A stretch of DNA of 64,000 nt from Diplonema japonicum. Its lineage: Eukaryota > Protista > Euglenozoa: Diplonemea. The stretch covers positions 186,001 to 250,000 of the forward strand of contig OZ025740.1 in the NCBI GenBank assembly GCA_964019335.1, written 5' to 3'. Both the position numbers and the translations under genes were made by a program. The notes beneath the pieces were generated by a model. That model did not search any database, had not been told where the DNA came from, and was given only the letters and a program-made list of their open reading frames with translations. Positions 11,041 to 23,213 of the stretch are shown here, piece by piece (positions within the stretch are counted from its first letter, which is position 1; each line of letters opens with the position of its first letter).

Positions 11041-11953
11041 CTGCATTTTATTTAATGATGAGCTGCTCTCGCAAAGAATCTGCCTGCTTGTAGCGGCACA
11101 ATGCGACCCCTTTACTACACGGTACTGGGTTTGGTATGATCAATTCAGCGAATCGATGTTGACGTTTGTGTCAAACGTGATTCTGTGCACTGTTGAAGTA
11201 GTGGGCTGTGTCGAAGGGGCAGGGCTGAAGGGGGCGTTGCAGGGGCTTTTTCTCGAGGCTGATGCCCTTGGCTCGCTTCCGGTCGCCTTCGGTTTTCTTC
11301 CCTTTTTGCTGCAGAAAATGACTGTGGGTGTGAAATAAAGTACCTGATTTTCACGCCCAGCAACGTTTGGCTTAAAAACATGAGGAAAAAAATCAGATAC
11401 TTTATTTATATCTTCTGGCCTAAATTCTTTAAGAGAGCTGCTCAGAATTAAATAAAAAAAAAAAAAAAAATCGCATATAATCGATTTTATTAAGTAGATC
11501 TGGGGGTCCGGGAGACGAATAGAACAGACATAAGCACGGTTTCTTGTCTCAGTTGTGCGGACCCTTGGGGTGGTCGGCTAACCCTGGATTTAGGCCATAT
11601 TAAAAATTTTAATAAATAAAGAAAAAAGGAACATGAAGAAGAATAAAAGCGAGTCAAAAAAAAAGGAAGGGGGGGGAAGCACCCTGGCCCGAAGAAAGTG
11701 GAGAGGTAAAAGAAAACTTTTGTTTTAAAATAGGAAGAGGGGCCACAGACGCAAGTAAACACCAACTGGAGTATGCTAGGCTGCGGAGAGGCCTTTTCGC
11801 TTGCGTTCCTACCAGGAAGTTGGAAACATGAGACCCAAAAAGAAAAGTGCCAGTTTTTTTTTTTTTTTTTAAATGTGTGTGCAGGCGCGAACAGCGAACA
11901 ACACATCTGATGTAACTTCTTATATTTCCATGTGATCCACCACCTGGAGTTTG

Positions 11954-11992
<39 letters not shown>

Positions 11993-12063
11993 GATCTATT
12001 TTTTTAGCCGACTTCTAGTGAGTTTTTTTTTTTTTTTTTTTTTTTTTTCTTTTCTTTTTTTTT

Positions 12064-13521
12064 TCATCGCGACATTGGGGACTCTGGTACATTATCGAGG
12101 GCTCTAGGGGAACCCATTTTGCTCGCGGTCCACAGGCTTTTGCTGACGCTCTTGGAGCGGGCCTTAATGGAGCTGATAAGCTGCCGAGCGGCGGAGACCT
12201 GGACCGGCTTCAAAACGAAGGAATTCTGAAGCTCGCAGGCCACCAACAGGTCGGAAAAGTTCGGCGGACGAAACTCCCCCACAAGGAGTATAACTGGCGT
12301 GTCATGACCCCAATCATCATTCAGCATTCTGATTTCGTTCGCGAGGCTGAAACCATCGGAAGAGGGGAGCGAGATGTCGATGAAGATAGCATGGTAAGGC
12401 CGGAATTGCTCATATGCTGCAATGATCGCCAACACGGCGACTCTGTTACCGTCAACTGAATTCACCCTGACGATTTCTTGAGGGGCTGACGCTTCGAGGG
12501 TTTTGACAAGTTCGGGGGCTTCGTTTTGTACCACATTCGCAACAAGGATCCGGGTTTCCATGGTGCTCCAGCTTCGTGTTGACCCCCCCCCGTTCCCACC
12601 CTCAGAACCTCCGACCAGCGAGGGGAGCATCAGGCGGTTCGTGTTTCCCAACATCTGCCCGAACAGCTCGTTTACATCGCACCGCTTTGTAACATCCTTT
12701 TGCAACGCTGCCATGAGCGTCTCCTGCTGGTTTTTGCAAACCGGGTACGTGATTCCTTCGCTTTTATCTTTTATGTCCTGCTCAGAAGGGTAAGGTACCC
12801 TACCGATTAACAACAAGTAAAACAGAACACCAAGGCTCCAAATGTCCCCGGGCTTCCTGGGGAACATACCCCCTGGGTTTCGTACCACCTCCGGGGGCGT
12901 GAAGAAAATTGTGTCGTCACGCTGCGGTCTGGACGTTGTTCTGCATATTTTAACGTTGGCTATCTTAATGTTCGTCTCCGTTTCGTCGGTGAACAGAATG
13001 TTGCTCGGGACTAAGTTCCCGTGAGGCACCTCGTTGTTGTGCAGATGCTGCAGGCCGCCGATCATCTGACAGAACAGTCGGATGGACTTCTCTTCCGTCC
13101 ACGTTGGGGTGGCAAGAAATCCATTTTTTGTTACATCAGCTACCGGGTGCCCTTGTGGAATTTCGAAAATGAAGAATACGTGCTTGCGGACGCAATCGTT
13201 GATATGTTCCAGCATCCTTACAAGGTTTGCGTGTTGTGTGCACTTCAGGATCCGGCATTCTTTCGCGAGTAGGTTTTCCCGCAGAGCCACGCGCATGAAG
13301 AACTGCTCGGTGGGGGGTTGCGTGCAGCAGAAGAGTCTTTTCTTCGCGCTGTAGCACGCGTGGCCGAACTCGCTTGTTCCCCTGTCGATGACGGTGTACT
13401 GGTTCACCTTCCTGAGGCAGCCGTTGGTGTCGCGTTTAACGGATACGACGTCAGTGTCCACACAATGCGGGACTGCTTCAGTGAACTCCGCACTGTCTTC
13501 GCCTGAGAATTGTATGTTCAT
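12064..13521 (-). CDS. CAMKK-like pseudokinase fused to a response-regulator receiver domain
   Basis: Kinase fold: KVNQY, HGNLVPSNIL, TPPE, DIWSLG. C-terminal receiver pattern: RILVA..AIFIDISLPSSDGF..TPVILL..FVLKPV. Likely start is the ATG at 13521. Confidence 0.8.
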   Translation of the reverse strand: MNIQFSGEDSAEFTEAVPHCVDTDVVSVKRDTNGCLRKVNQYTVIDRGTSEFGHACYSAKKRLFCCTQPPTEQFFMRVALRENLLAKECRILKCTQHANLVRMLEHINDCVRKHVFFIFEIPQGHPVADVTKNGFLATPTWTEEKSIRLFCQMIGGLQHLHNNEVPHGNLVPSNILFTDETETNIKIANVKICRTTSRPQRDDTIFFTPPEVVRNPGGMFPRKPGDIWSLGVLFYLLLIGRVPYPSEQDIKDKSEGITYPVCKNQQETLMAALQKDVTKRCDVNELFGQMLGNTNRLMLPSLVGGSEGGNGGGSTRSWSTMETRILVANVVQNEAPELVKTLEASAPQEIVRVNSVDGNRVAVLAIIAAYEQFRPYHAIFIDISLPSSDGFSLANEIRMLNDDWGHDTPVILLVGEFRPPNFSDLLVACELQNSFVLKPVQVSAARQLISSIKARSKSVSKSLWTASKMGSPRALDNVPESPMSR

Positions 13522-13617
13522 GGTGTACCAGGGGGAGGGGATACCCGTCGTCTGTGAGTAGTTTTTTTTGGGGGGGGGGAAAGAAAAAAAAAAGAAAAAA
13601 AAAAACCACACTAAAAC

Positions 13618-13659
<42 letters not shown>

Positions 13660-14151
13660 TCATTGTCCCCACGCTGCAGCGAGAGACACTGGAGCACCGT
13701 CCTCACAATGTAGGATTTCATAGAATTTTGCTATGGTTCCATCTGAGGTAGCTGATTCTTTTTGCAGCGAATCGACTTTTTGGTCGTTGTTGAGCACCAG
13801 CGACAACACGCTCCAAAAGGTGTCGGAGGGAGGGGGAGGAAGCGGGGGAGCTGGAGAAGAAGAAGAAGGAGGAGGGGAGGCCGGGGAGGCTTCCGGCACT
13901 GGAATGCTCTTGAGAGCCTTGGCCTTGTCTTCCAACTGTTTAACCTCGTCTTGCAATGCAGCAATCCGCCTCTTTTTTAACGCCCTCTTGGTCTTCAAGT
14001 CTCTCTGTGCATTATATGCTGCTAGCCCCTCCGCCTCGTACCGCTTCTTCGAGTTTTCTAACTTCATTCTCTCCTTTTCACACATCTGTTCGTATTCCGT
14101 ACTTGACTTCCGTAGTGCGCTAAACGCATTTATGTCCATTTCTTGGTTCAT
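13660..14151 (-). CDS. Hypothetical coiled-coil, Pro-rich protein
   Basis: 163-aa ORF from an ATG after an A-tract, with coding-like composition between homopolymer spacers. Confidence 0.6.
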   Translation of the reverse strand: MNQEMDINAFSALRKSSTEYEQMCEKERMKLENSKKRYEAEGLAAYNAQRDLKTKRALKKRRIAALQDEVKQLEDKAKALKSIPVPEASPASPPPSSSSPAPPLPPPPSDTFWSVLSLVLNNDQKVDSLQKESATSDGTIAKFYEILHCEDGAPVSLAAAWGQ

Positions 14152-14389
14152 TTTCTTTTTTTTTTTTTTTTTGTTTGTATTCTCTTTTTTGTTTTGTTTT
14201 TTTGTTTTGTTGCGAACTGAGAAGGGGGGGAATAAATAGATGGGCTCACCCCAAGGAACGAACATCGGGTGGGGGTAAAAAAGAAAAAAAAAAAAAAAAA
14301 AAAAGAAAATAGGAAAAAGCAGGAAGAATAATAGAAAAAAAAAAAAGAAAAAAAAAAACTGAAACGTATCCAAAAAAGAACAAAAAAAA

Positions 14390-14420
<31 letters not shown>

Positions 14421-14711
14421 CCAATCCCCGCCCCTATAGGGCTATGTTTGCAGAAAAAACGACAACATAGCCTCTCCCCCCCGCCTGCCCTTTTTTTTTC
14501 TTCTTTTTTTTTTTTTTTTTCTTTCCACCATGAAGCACTGTTATCTCGCAAAGTCGACTACTCTTTTTTTTTATTTATTCGTTTATTTTTCCCTTTTTTT
14601 TTTTTTTTTTTCTGACTCATGAAGGTCCGTTTGCCTAATATCTGTCTGACTCATGACTTCAGCTACAAAATATGGAACGTAAAAATGTTAAAAAGTGGGG
14701 GGAGGAGAGGG

Positions 14712-14748
<37 letters not shown>

Positions 14749-15655
14749 GAAAGAGGAAAGCCTCTCTACACAGAGAAGTAGAAAAAGAAAGGGTCAGCAT
14801 CAATTTTTTTTTTTTTTGAAAATAAAAACTTTTTTTTTTTTTTTTACAACCAAAAAAAGTAAAAATGGATTGTTTTTTTTTTTTCGGCAGTGAAAGAAGA
14901 AACATAAAAAAAAAAAAGTAAAAAAGTAGATTGGGTTACGACCTCACCTGTTTCTCGAGGACCTTTTCTGCCAAGATTTTCACATGTTTTCACCTTGAGT
15001 TAGGCAGTGGATTTTGCGCTGAAACTTCCTTTAAAAGGGTGGAAATCTTTAAAAGGGAAAGTAAAAGCACTTAGTTTACACCTTGGTGATGGTGAAACTT
15101 GGCTTCGAAAAGAAGGAGGGCCATTAGTGAGAAGAGTGAAGTAAGGTAATCTTTTTTCCTTTTTTTTTATTGTGTTACAGTGTATCAAACAAATGGGTAA
15201 TAAAACAAAATACCCTCGAAAAGAACTATAACCTTTCTTTTTTTTTTTTTTTTTTTCTTTTTGTGAGTTGAAAAAAAGCACGAGGTCTATAGCTAAGCTT
15301 TAAGAAGGGAGAAAAAAAAAAAAGAAAAAAAAAAAGGATGAGACCAAAGAAAAAAAAAAGGGGGAAATAAATAAATAAAGCAAAGGTGGGAAAATCAACA
15401 TTCTTTTTTTTTCTTTTTTTTTTTTCTATTTCATTCTTTTATTTGTTCGTTTTTTTTTTGGGAAACTCAAATGACGAAAAGTGAATTAAAACGTCTTACT
15501 TGCCGCCAAATAAGCCATTATTAGCACTCGTTGGGCTCATTATTTGTTTGGCAATAAAATTACTCCGACTGCTCTTTTCTTTTTCTTGAGTAAACAAGGA
15601 AAGAACAATAGAAAATGTCCGTTTTTCAGTATGCAGGGAAGTGCTCGCTGTACTT

Positions 15656-15702
<47 letters not shown>

Positions 15703-15821
15703 AGAGAAAGTTCTACATTACTTTCTATGCAACCAGTTCCTTCCCCTCCGTGATGAATGTAACTTCAGAGTTGTCGTGAAAAAAAAAAGAAAAAAAGAAG
15801 AGAGAGAAAAAAAAAAAGAAA

Positions 15822-16150
15822 ATGGGGCTTTGATTGCAACACTAGGTGGCGTTAAGCGCGCAACGAAGCACGAAATACCTACTTGATTACAGGGGGCGCT
15901 CCACGGCCGAGCAGTAGCTTCTTCTGCGTTCCGCGTCGTGTCCTTAATGCATGCGGTGTGCTCAACCCTAGCCGGGGCGTCCCGGGTAACCAAGATTCTG
16001 CGCTCGTGCAGTTTGCTGCCTGTTCGTCACCCTGAGCATCTGCGATACGTTCTTCCACTCGGGCGCTACCGGTGATGACCGACGTGGAGGTCAACAGCGA
16101 ACAACACATCTGATGTACTTCTTTATATTTCCATGTTATCCCCACCACGA
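15822..16150. repeat. SINE-like interspersed repeat, about 330 bp
   Basis: Partial copies at about 8625-8656 (rc), 11890-11945, 27360-27580, 28449-28510 and 32845-32895 (rc). Flanked by A-runs. Confidence 0.7.
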
Positions 16151-16264
16151 AAAAAAAAAAAAACCACTTTACCCAACCGTCAAGTAAACGAACCCCCTCC
16201 CCGCTTTTTTTTCCCTGCTCCGTTCGCAAAAAGCGAAAAAACCGTTAAAAAAAAGGGGAGAACA

Positions 16265-16417
16265 ACTTAAGATCCCAAGAAAGTACCGAAATTCACTTAG
16301 TAGAAAGAAAAAGTTAAATTTTCGACTTTTTCTAAGATACTAAAAGTGAAATTTCGACTTTTCTTTTTTAAAAAGGTAAGAAGTGAATTTCAGTACTTTT
16401 TTTTTGGGAACTGAAGT
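16265..16417. mobile_element. Small foldback MITE-like element
   Basis: Imperfect inverted repeats ACTTAAGATCCCAAGAAAGTACCGAAATTCACTT / AAGTGAATTTCAGTAC(T)nGGGAACTGAAGT. Confidence 0.55.
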
Positions 16418-16756
16418 GAATACTGTACTGGACCGTACTTAAGTGCACACCCCCCCCAAAAAAAAAGAAGTCACATTACACTGTTGGCTGTAAGGAAAAT
16501 AAAATAAAGGCCTTAAAATAATTGTAAGAAAAAAAACTCAAAGTGCAGGACAAACCCCCTCATGGAGGGCCGCCCTAAAAAAAAAAATATTCTTCCTCTG
16601 TTTTTCACCTTTTTTTCTCTTATTCATAGCATTCCAAAAGGGGAGGGAAGGGGGAAAAAAAAAAAATCCCCCCCCCCACAACCACACCCATAACCCTAAA
16701 GAGTAGTATCCTAACAGGGGGGGGGGGGGGGGGGAAAGGAAAGAAAAAACCTGACA

Positions 16757-19700
16757 TCACACAACAGCTTCACAGGTGATTATAATGCTGTTCACATTCT
16801 GGAAGGTTGCCACAGCCGGCACATGAGAGGGAGTTGAGTCAAATGTCACCGGTGGTACTACCGGCGCCACAGGCTCACCAGGCTCCAAACCCCCTCCCTG
16901 GTTCTCCATAAGGAACTGCCCGTGTTCCGAAGCCGGCTCGCTCCCGTTTACTGATCCGAAAAACGCTTTTTTAAACCCAAGCGGGTTGCCCCCACGTGTT
17001 TTGAAGTAGCTTCTGGACTGTTCTTTCCGAAGCATTTCTCTCGCACCGGACTTTCTACCTATCCAAATATCAGTTCCATAAGCTACAATATCAAAAATAC
17101 ATTTCATCAGCACAAGAACGGCGGAAATCAATAATAAATACACGGGAATGACGAACAGGAGGGAAGTCTGTGCGGTGCGGATCCAAATCCCGATTGTCAT
17201 GAGCAGGACAGAAAGGAACATCATGAAGCACAGGGAAATGGAAATCCCGTTGTCGAAAATCGATGTGAACGGGCGGTAGAACAGCAAAGCGACCAAGAAC
17301 CCGAAGAACAACAAGCAAACAAGAAGATTCCTCGCATTGCACTGACTAGCAGACCCTTCTGCGGGATGCCACGACGACAGAATCGACAGCGCGATCATAA
17401 CACATGGCTCAACAGTGGGGAACCACGCGAGATCTTGTTTGAAGCTCTCAAAGACCACACCATACTTCTCCACAAAACAAGTTTCCAAGTCCCTGCTCAC
17501 CCAGACGAACTCTCCAAAAATAAATCTATACATCAAAGCTGTTTTCCCCGTGTACTTTTTATTCGGATCGTCACCCTCACGAGGAAACAGCTTCGGGTCC
17601 AAAATCTGGCAAGCATTGTCCCCTATCCTCCTCCCCACCAGCATGTACAAAACACCAGGAGACACCACGCACATCAACAACGAAACAACTGCTAAAAACG
17701 TGATGATTGTTGAATCCGATCTTGGGTAAAACGCCAGCCTTGCCGCTACCAAACTCGTCCCTTGAAGAAGAAACAGGTACGGGATGTACACAAGGCTGGG
17801 AGATCGAGCATTTCCGGCTGCTTTGTGCCATGTGACGTTCAGTCCAAAGTGGATGAGCACTGTGATGAACAAGAGGATGATGTACATGGCGATGAGCACC
17901 ACGGGGTTCAGCAGCATTGCGGCGGTCATGTAGCGTCGGCCGTTGTGAAGGACGCCTATGCGGAGGGGGTGGAACTCCCAGTCGAGGTTCTCCTCCTCTT
18001 CTAGGTCAACGTCCTCCACTTGGCACCCGAAGTTCTTCAATACGAGGATCCGTGAGGCGGACCCCGCCCCCGCCCCTCCCAGCAGCCCTGCCGTGGTTGC
18101 TATCGAAGACGCAGTCTCCACCTTCCCCTTGTGCTCCTCAGGGATCGCCGTCGCATTCACCCTCGCACCCGTTCCGGGCGATCTGGTAGAAGGCGTATTT
18201 GTAACCGGAGCATTTGTAGGGGGCACACCAGGTATCCCGGTTGCTGGAGGATTCGTATCTGGTGCATTTGTAGGAGGCACCCCTGGTATCCCGGTTGCTG
18301 GAGGATTCGTATCTGGTGCATTTGTAGGAGGTACACCAGGTATCCCAGTTACTGGAGGATTCGTATCCGGAGCATTTGTAGGGGGCACACCAGGTATCCC
18401 GGTTGCTGGAGGATTCGTATCCGGAGCGAATGTTGCTGGAAATTGTGTTTTTGGAGCCCCCGTGGCGGGAGCGTTCGTATCCGGTGATGTCGTTGGTGTC
18501 GCGGTCGCAGGTGAGGTTGTGTCCGGGAATGGTGTGGCAGGTGCTTCCGAGGTCGGGACCCCTGGGACGGCGGTGTTGCTCGCGGCGATGTTTTGAAGAA
18601 ACGGCGAACAGCTGCTCGTTGCAGGGGCGCTGCACTTCACAGGGCCGATGGCACCGGTCGGCGTGCTCCCTGTACACGCATGGTAGTCCGTGCAAGTAAG
18701 AGAACAAGACTTCCCAGCAGGGTACCCCAAGGCACAGTCCACCTTACCATTCTCACACGCACTGGACGCCATGCAAGTCAAGGAGCACTGCGGTGCGGAG
18801 GTACAGTCAATGGTCGACCCTTTGCATGAGCTCCCGCCGTCACACTTCCGGGTGCAGTCTGATGTCCCGCACGCAACGTTGCTCTCAAGGCACGACTCGA
18901 AGCCCGTGCACGACACGGTGGTCGCAGCGCCTCCTCGGTTGTTCGTTAGGGTAGTGAGCTTGCAGCTAGAGGATTCCTTGCACTCCATAGTACAGGGAGC
19001 CGTTTTCGGGCATTCGAACGCTGCAGAAATGCAGCCTTGAAAACCATCGCAGATAAGATTGCAGTCGCCCGACTCAGGACAGGTAACGGAGGCTTGGTCA
19101 CAGGCTTGGTTCGCACTGCACTTCAACTTGAGCGAACCCGACGCGGCTGGAGGGGTTGTTATCACTGCTTCACTGCACGATTGTGACCCAGAGCATCCCA
19201 GTGTGCAGTCCCCTGTCAACGGGCACGCAGCCTTGAGCTTATAGCAAGCGTTCCCATTGCAGGTGACTGACAAGGAACCCAAGGTACCGCCTGACACTAC
19301 GGCATTTCTGCAGGATTCGGTGGAGCAAACTGCGTTGCAAGAGCTTGGCCCAGGGCAATCTATCTGAATGTCATGACATGACTGGTACCCAGTGCACTGC
19401 ACGTCGAGGGCCCCGCCTGTGGACGACGGCTGCAAGACTTTACTGTTTGTGCAGGATTCCGAACCCGAGCAGATAACGGTGCATGATCCTGTTGTGGGGC
19501 AGTTTATCTTGATGCCTTGGCAGGCTTCGCTGTTGCTGCACACGACCCTACAGGTGGCGGTGGCAGGGCACGTCACTACCATGTCCTTGCAGGCTTCCTG
19601 CGTTTTGCACGTTATCTCACAGTGCTGGCTTGGATCGCATGTTACAGGGCACCCGCTGCATTCTCCTCGTGCGTCACATGTAAGTGAATCCGCCGTATTT

Positions 19701-19834
19701 GACGGAAAGACCACACCTGCAGGACACCCTGCAGGGGAGACTCCGGTTGCCGTCTCAAGGTGCGCAGTGGCGAGAATAAAACCTATGAGTTGAAAGCTGT
19801 TTCGCAGCCTAAGATTTGATACGTTAATAACCAT
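16757..19834 (-). CDS. Cys-rich surface protein with mucin-like stalk and multi-pass membrane domain
   Basis: Signal-like N-terminus, many Cys-rich repeats (CxGxxSC), a PT-rich stalk, the LDWEFHP motif and 7 or more hydrophobic helices. Likely start is the ATG at 19834. Confidence 0.85.
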   Translation of the reverse strand: MVINVSNLRLRNSFQLIGFILATAHLETATGVSPAGCPAGVVFPSNTADSLTCDARGECSGCPVTCDPSQHCEITCKTQEACKDMVVTCPATATCRVVCSNSEACQGIKINCPTTGSCTVICSGSESCTNSKVLQPSSTGGALDVQCTGYQSCHDIQIDCPGPSSCNAVCSTESCRNAVVSGGTLGSLSVTCNGNACYKLKAACPLTGDCTLGCSGSQSCSEAVITTPPAASGSLKLKCSANQACDQASVTCPESGDCNLICDGFQGCISAAFECPKTAPCTMECKESSSCKLTTLTNNRGGAATTVSCTGFESCLESNVACGTSDCTRKCDGGSSCKGSTIDCTSAPQCSLTCMASSACENGKVDCALGYPAGKSCSLTCTDYHACTGSTPTGAIGPVKCSAPATSSCSPFLQNIAASNTAVPGVPTSEAPATPFPDTTSPATATPTTSPDTNAPATGAPKTQFPATFAPDTNPPATGIPGVPPTNAPDTNPPVTGIPGVPPTNAPDTNPPATGIPGVPPTNAPDTNPPATGIPGVPPTNAPVTNTPSTRSPGTGARVNATAIPEEHKGKVETASSIATTAGLLGGAGAGSASRILVLKNFGCQVEDVDLEEEENLDWEFHPLRIGVLHNGRRYMTAAMLLNPVVLIAMYIILLFITVLIHFGLNVTWHKAAGNARSPSLVYIPYLFLLQGTSLVAARLAFYPRSDSTIITFLAVVSLLMCVVSPGVLYMLVGRRIGDNACQILDPKLFPREGDDPNKKYTGKTALMYRFIFGEFVWVSRDLETCFVEKYGVVFESFKQDLAWFPTVEPCVMIALSILSSWHPAEGSASQCNARNLLVCLLFFGFLVALLFYRPFTSIFDNGISISLCFMMFLSVLLMTIGIWIRTAQTSLLFVIPVYLLLISAVLVLMKCIFDIVAYGTDIWIGRKSGAREMLRKEQSRSYFKTRGGNPLGFKKAFFGSVNGSEPASEHGQFLMENQGGGLEPGEPVAPVVPPVTFDSTPSHVPAVATFQNVNSIIITCEAVV
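18200..18430 (-). repeat. 54-bp coding tandem repeat (PDTNPPATGIPGVPPTNA x4)
   Basis: Visible in both DNA and protein. Confidence 0.9.
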
Positions 19835-20157
19835 AATTCTTTTTTTTTTTTTTTGGTTTTGATGAAAAATGGGGGGTCTCACCCCCCCCCCCCCCCCCCG
19901 CCTTCCTGTTGTTGTGGTTTTTTTTTTGTCAAAAAGAGGGAGAAACGGAGAAAAAAAGGGGGGGGGATGATTGAAATGTTTGAACAAATAAAAGGTGAAG
20001 GGGGGGGGGGGGGGGGGAGATAAAGAGGCAGTGGCCTAATTTTCTTTTTTTTTTTCCCTCTCCCGTTTTCTTCATTTTTGGACTTTTTGCCTTTTTTTTT
20101 TTTTATTTTGTTCTTTTTTTTGTTTCCATTCAAAAAAAAAAAAAAAAAAAAAAAAAA

Positions 20158-20405
20158 TGATAGGAAACGAAGTGGATAGCAACGGCCGCGGTGGCATTGC
20201 CTACCCTTGTGATGCTCTCCTTTTGGAGTCGTTCCCGGTTTTCTTTTCGCAGTCTTTTCAGCTTGGTCGCCGTCAACCCCGACGCAAACTGGGCCCTTCT
20301 ATCATCTTGGGTCATGAATGGCTGGGTAAGCGCCCTCCTTTTGTTCCTTAGCAATGCCGCCTGCAGCGTAACCAGGATCCGCTGATCTTTATCGCCTTCT
20401 TGTCG
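20158..20405 (-). mobile_element. Retroposon 3' tail fragment
   Basis: Encodes ..LQKESITR, similar to LQKGSINR at the end of the 29653 ORF. The terminus CACTTCGTTTCCTATCA recurs at about 26277 and 29177. Confidence 0.5.
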
Positions 20406-20449
20406 AAAAAACAAAAAAAAACAAAAATAAAAAAGATAAGCCGGGGGTG

Positions 20450-20486
<37 letters not shown>

Positions 20487-21261
20487 CCCGCGCTCTTAGC
20501 AAGAGAAAGGTTTCGAGAAAGCATTTTTTGTGACATGCAGGATACGGGCACCCCGAAAAAGCTCTTGTAGAAACTGTGGAAAGGTAAAAAAAAAAAAAAA
20601 AAGAAAAAGGCAATTAAAACACCAACTGGAGTGAGTAAAAAAAAGAAGGAAAAAAAAAAAAAAAAGAGTCGGTTGATTTGTTTGTGCACAGCCGGGCATA
20701 AGCCCAGCTGCTACTCTTTTTTTTAGCAACATGATGAACGTCGGTGTACAGGTGGGTCTAATCGGGTCACCGTTCTGCGGTGGCTGGTTGCCATGACGTG
20801 ATGGACGGCATCTGGGCGAGAAATATAGCTTTTGAAATGTTTCTTTCCTTCGGCTGCACTGCATGCTGCATCTCATGAGTAATGTAAGAGTAAAGGCGGA
20901 GAGAGAAAAAAAAATGAGGGGCTAGTGAGGGAGAGTCGGATAGCCAGTGCTGGGGTTGTGTATAGAAATGGTTTTTCCTTTTTTTTTTCTTCTTTTTTTT
21001 AATTTACTTCCAAGCTGAAGATCTCTTTCGAAGAAGAAGAAAGCAGCTTTGTCATTAAATAAAAAAAAAAAAAGATGTAATTATGAAAAACAAAAACAAA
21101 AAAAAAAAGAGCCATTTGCAAAAATGATTTATTCCATTCCTAAGTGTGGGTCGTTTATGCGAGTGGACAAAAATGGCAAAAAAAAAAGGGGGGGGATTTT
21201 AAAAAAAGAAAAGTTAGTTATGAAATTGTTGAAACAAAAAAAAAAGAGGCGGTGATGCTAG

Positions 21262-21292
<31 letters not shown>

Positions 21293-22562
21293 CTTGTGTG
21301 CAAAAAAAAAAAAAAAAAGAAAAACACATTCTTGATCGCCATGCACGCACTCTTCAAAAATACAAAAAGGAGGGGGGGGGGGAATGAAAATGCATAGAAT
21401 GAAGCAAAAAATAAGGAAAATAGATAAAACGAAGAAGGGGACTAATGACTTAAGTTGCCTCATAAACTGCCGCGTGCTTCCCTTCTTGATCAGGCGAAAG
21501 AGGGAGAGTTGCTGGTACATTCCAGTCTTTTTTCTACGCCACTTTTTTTTGTTTTTCTTGCGTCCCCCCCCCCCCCCCCCCCCCCCCCCCTGAGCTATGC
21601 TGGAACTAAGGAAACGGGAACGGAAACGTTTCCTTAAGAAGGGAACACGTATCCTCTAAAAAGGAAAACGGATACGGAAACAGTACTTCCCCGTTTCTTG
21701 CCAACATAGAAAATCTGACATCCTGCCGTTAAGGGGAGGTGGGGGTGAGTGTCGCAGAACCAGGTTGATACTTTTTCAAAAGGGCGGGGGGGGCTTTTTT
21801 TTTTGGTGTTTTTTTTTAAAAGCCCCCCCCCCTCTCGTGCGATGGCATATTTCTTTTTTCCCTGCAACAAATAACATTACCTAGAAGTGGTGCCTCTAAA
21901 GGGAAATTCACACCCGGCTGCTACGCGCACTGGGTGGGGGGGTTTTTATTTTATTTCCTGGGGGGGGGGGAGGGTGTTCACCCAGAATGGGGAAAAAGAA
22001 GAAAGAAATGAAGTTTTTTTTTCCCCTTTTTTCTTTTGTTTTTTTAATTACTGCCTTTTTTTTCTTTGCCAAAGAAAAAAAAAAAAAAAAAAGATTAGCG
22101 GCAACTTTGTTGGTTAACCTTCGGCAGGTGAAACTGGAGCAACACAGATATCTTTCCCCCCCCCCTTTTTTTTTGAAAAAAAACGAACTCACCACTGAGT
22201 CGTTATCACGGAAAAAAAAAAAAAAAATTCCAAACCAAGTGGGAAGGGGGAAATAAATACTGGTTGCCCAATTCACGGAAAAAAAAAAAAAAAGTTATAA
22301 GAGGCCAGTGTTGGTGGCGCCCTTCAAATTCAACCAGCATGCCACAGCTGGAGTAAGCCTAGAGAAAAGAGGGAAACGAGAAGAGGAAGAAGAAAAGGAG
22401 GGAGCCAAAATTCACAAAGAGTAGGAGGGGCGGTTAAGCAACAATGCAAATTTCTGTTTTGCCTTGTTTTGTGAGGAGTTCCCCCCCCTTTTTTTTTTAA
22501 AGCTTAAAACTTTAAATGTTTCTTCTTTTTTTTTTTTTTTTTTTTTTTTTTCGTTTCTTTTC

Positions 22563-22603
<41 letters not shown>

Positions 22604-23213
22604 AGATTCAACAAATAGGAACAGGCACGAGAAAAAGAAGAAAAAAAAAAACTGAATGGGTGGGTATGTATATTCCCAGAAGAAACCCAAAAACAAAAAT
22701 CATGCGGAGGGGCGCATACCCCCTTAGCACTCCAAATGCGAGAAAAAAGATGCCTTTGAAGGGAACCTGCAGTATGTGACAGGATCGCCTGAAAAAAAAC
22801 AAGAGGGGAAAACACATTTTTTTTTTTTTTTCACGAGACTGCCTGTGAAGAATAACCAACACATCGCACCCGGGGCACTAAACATCAACAGCATGCACAG
22901 TAGCTCCTAGTCAAAAAAAGAATCCCTGTGAAGTAATTTCAAATACTAAGAAAAAAATCAGCCACATTTTCACTTGTGGCGACGCTCTCTTTTTAACTTT
23001 TTTTTTTTTTTTTAACTCGCAAAAAAAAAAGAGAGACCCCCCCCATTTTTTTTTTTTTTCCCACAGCTAGTTTTTTTTTTTTTTTTTTCTCATTCTTTCT
23101 TTGTTCTTTTTGAATTTATATTCCAAACATCGGCCATTCAAAACCGGCCCAATGGGAGGGAGCTAGATATGGAGAGAGAAAAAAAAAAAGTTGGGTTAAG
23201 GCGGGGGGGGGGG

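Noticed and set aside
18200-18430. CRISPR-like repeat
   Set aside because: In-frame coding repeat with synonymous variation and no spacers.
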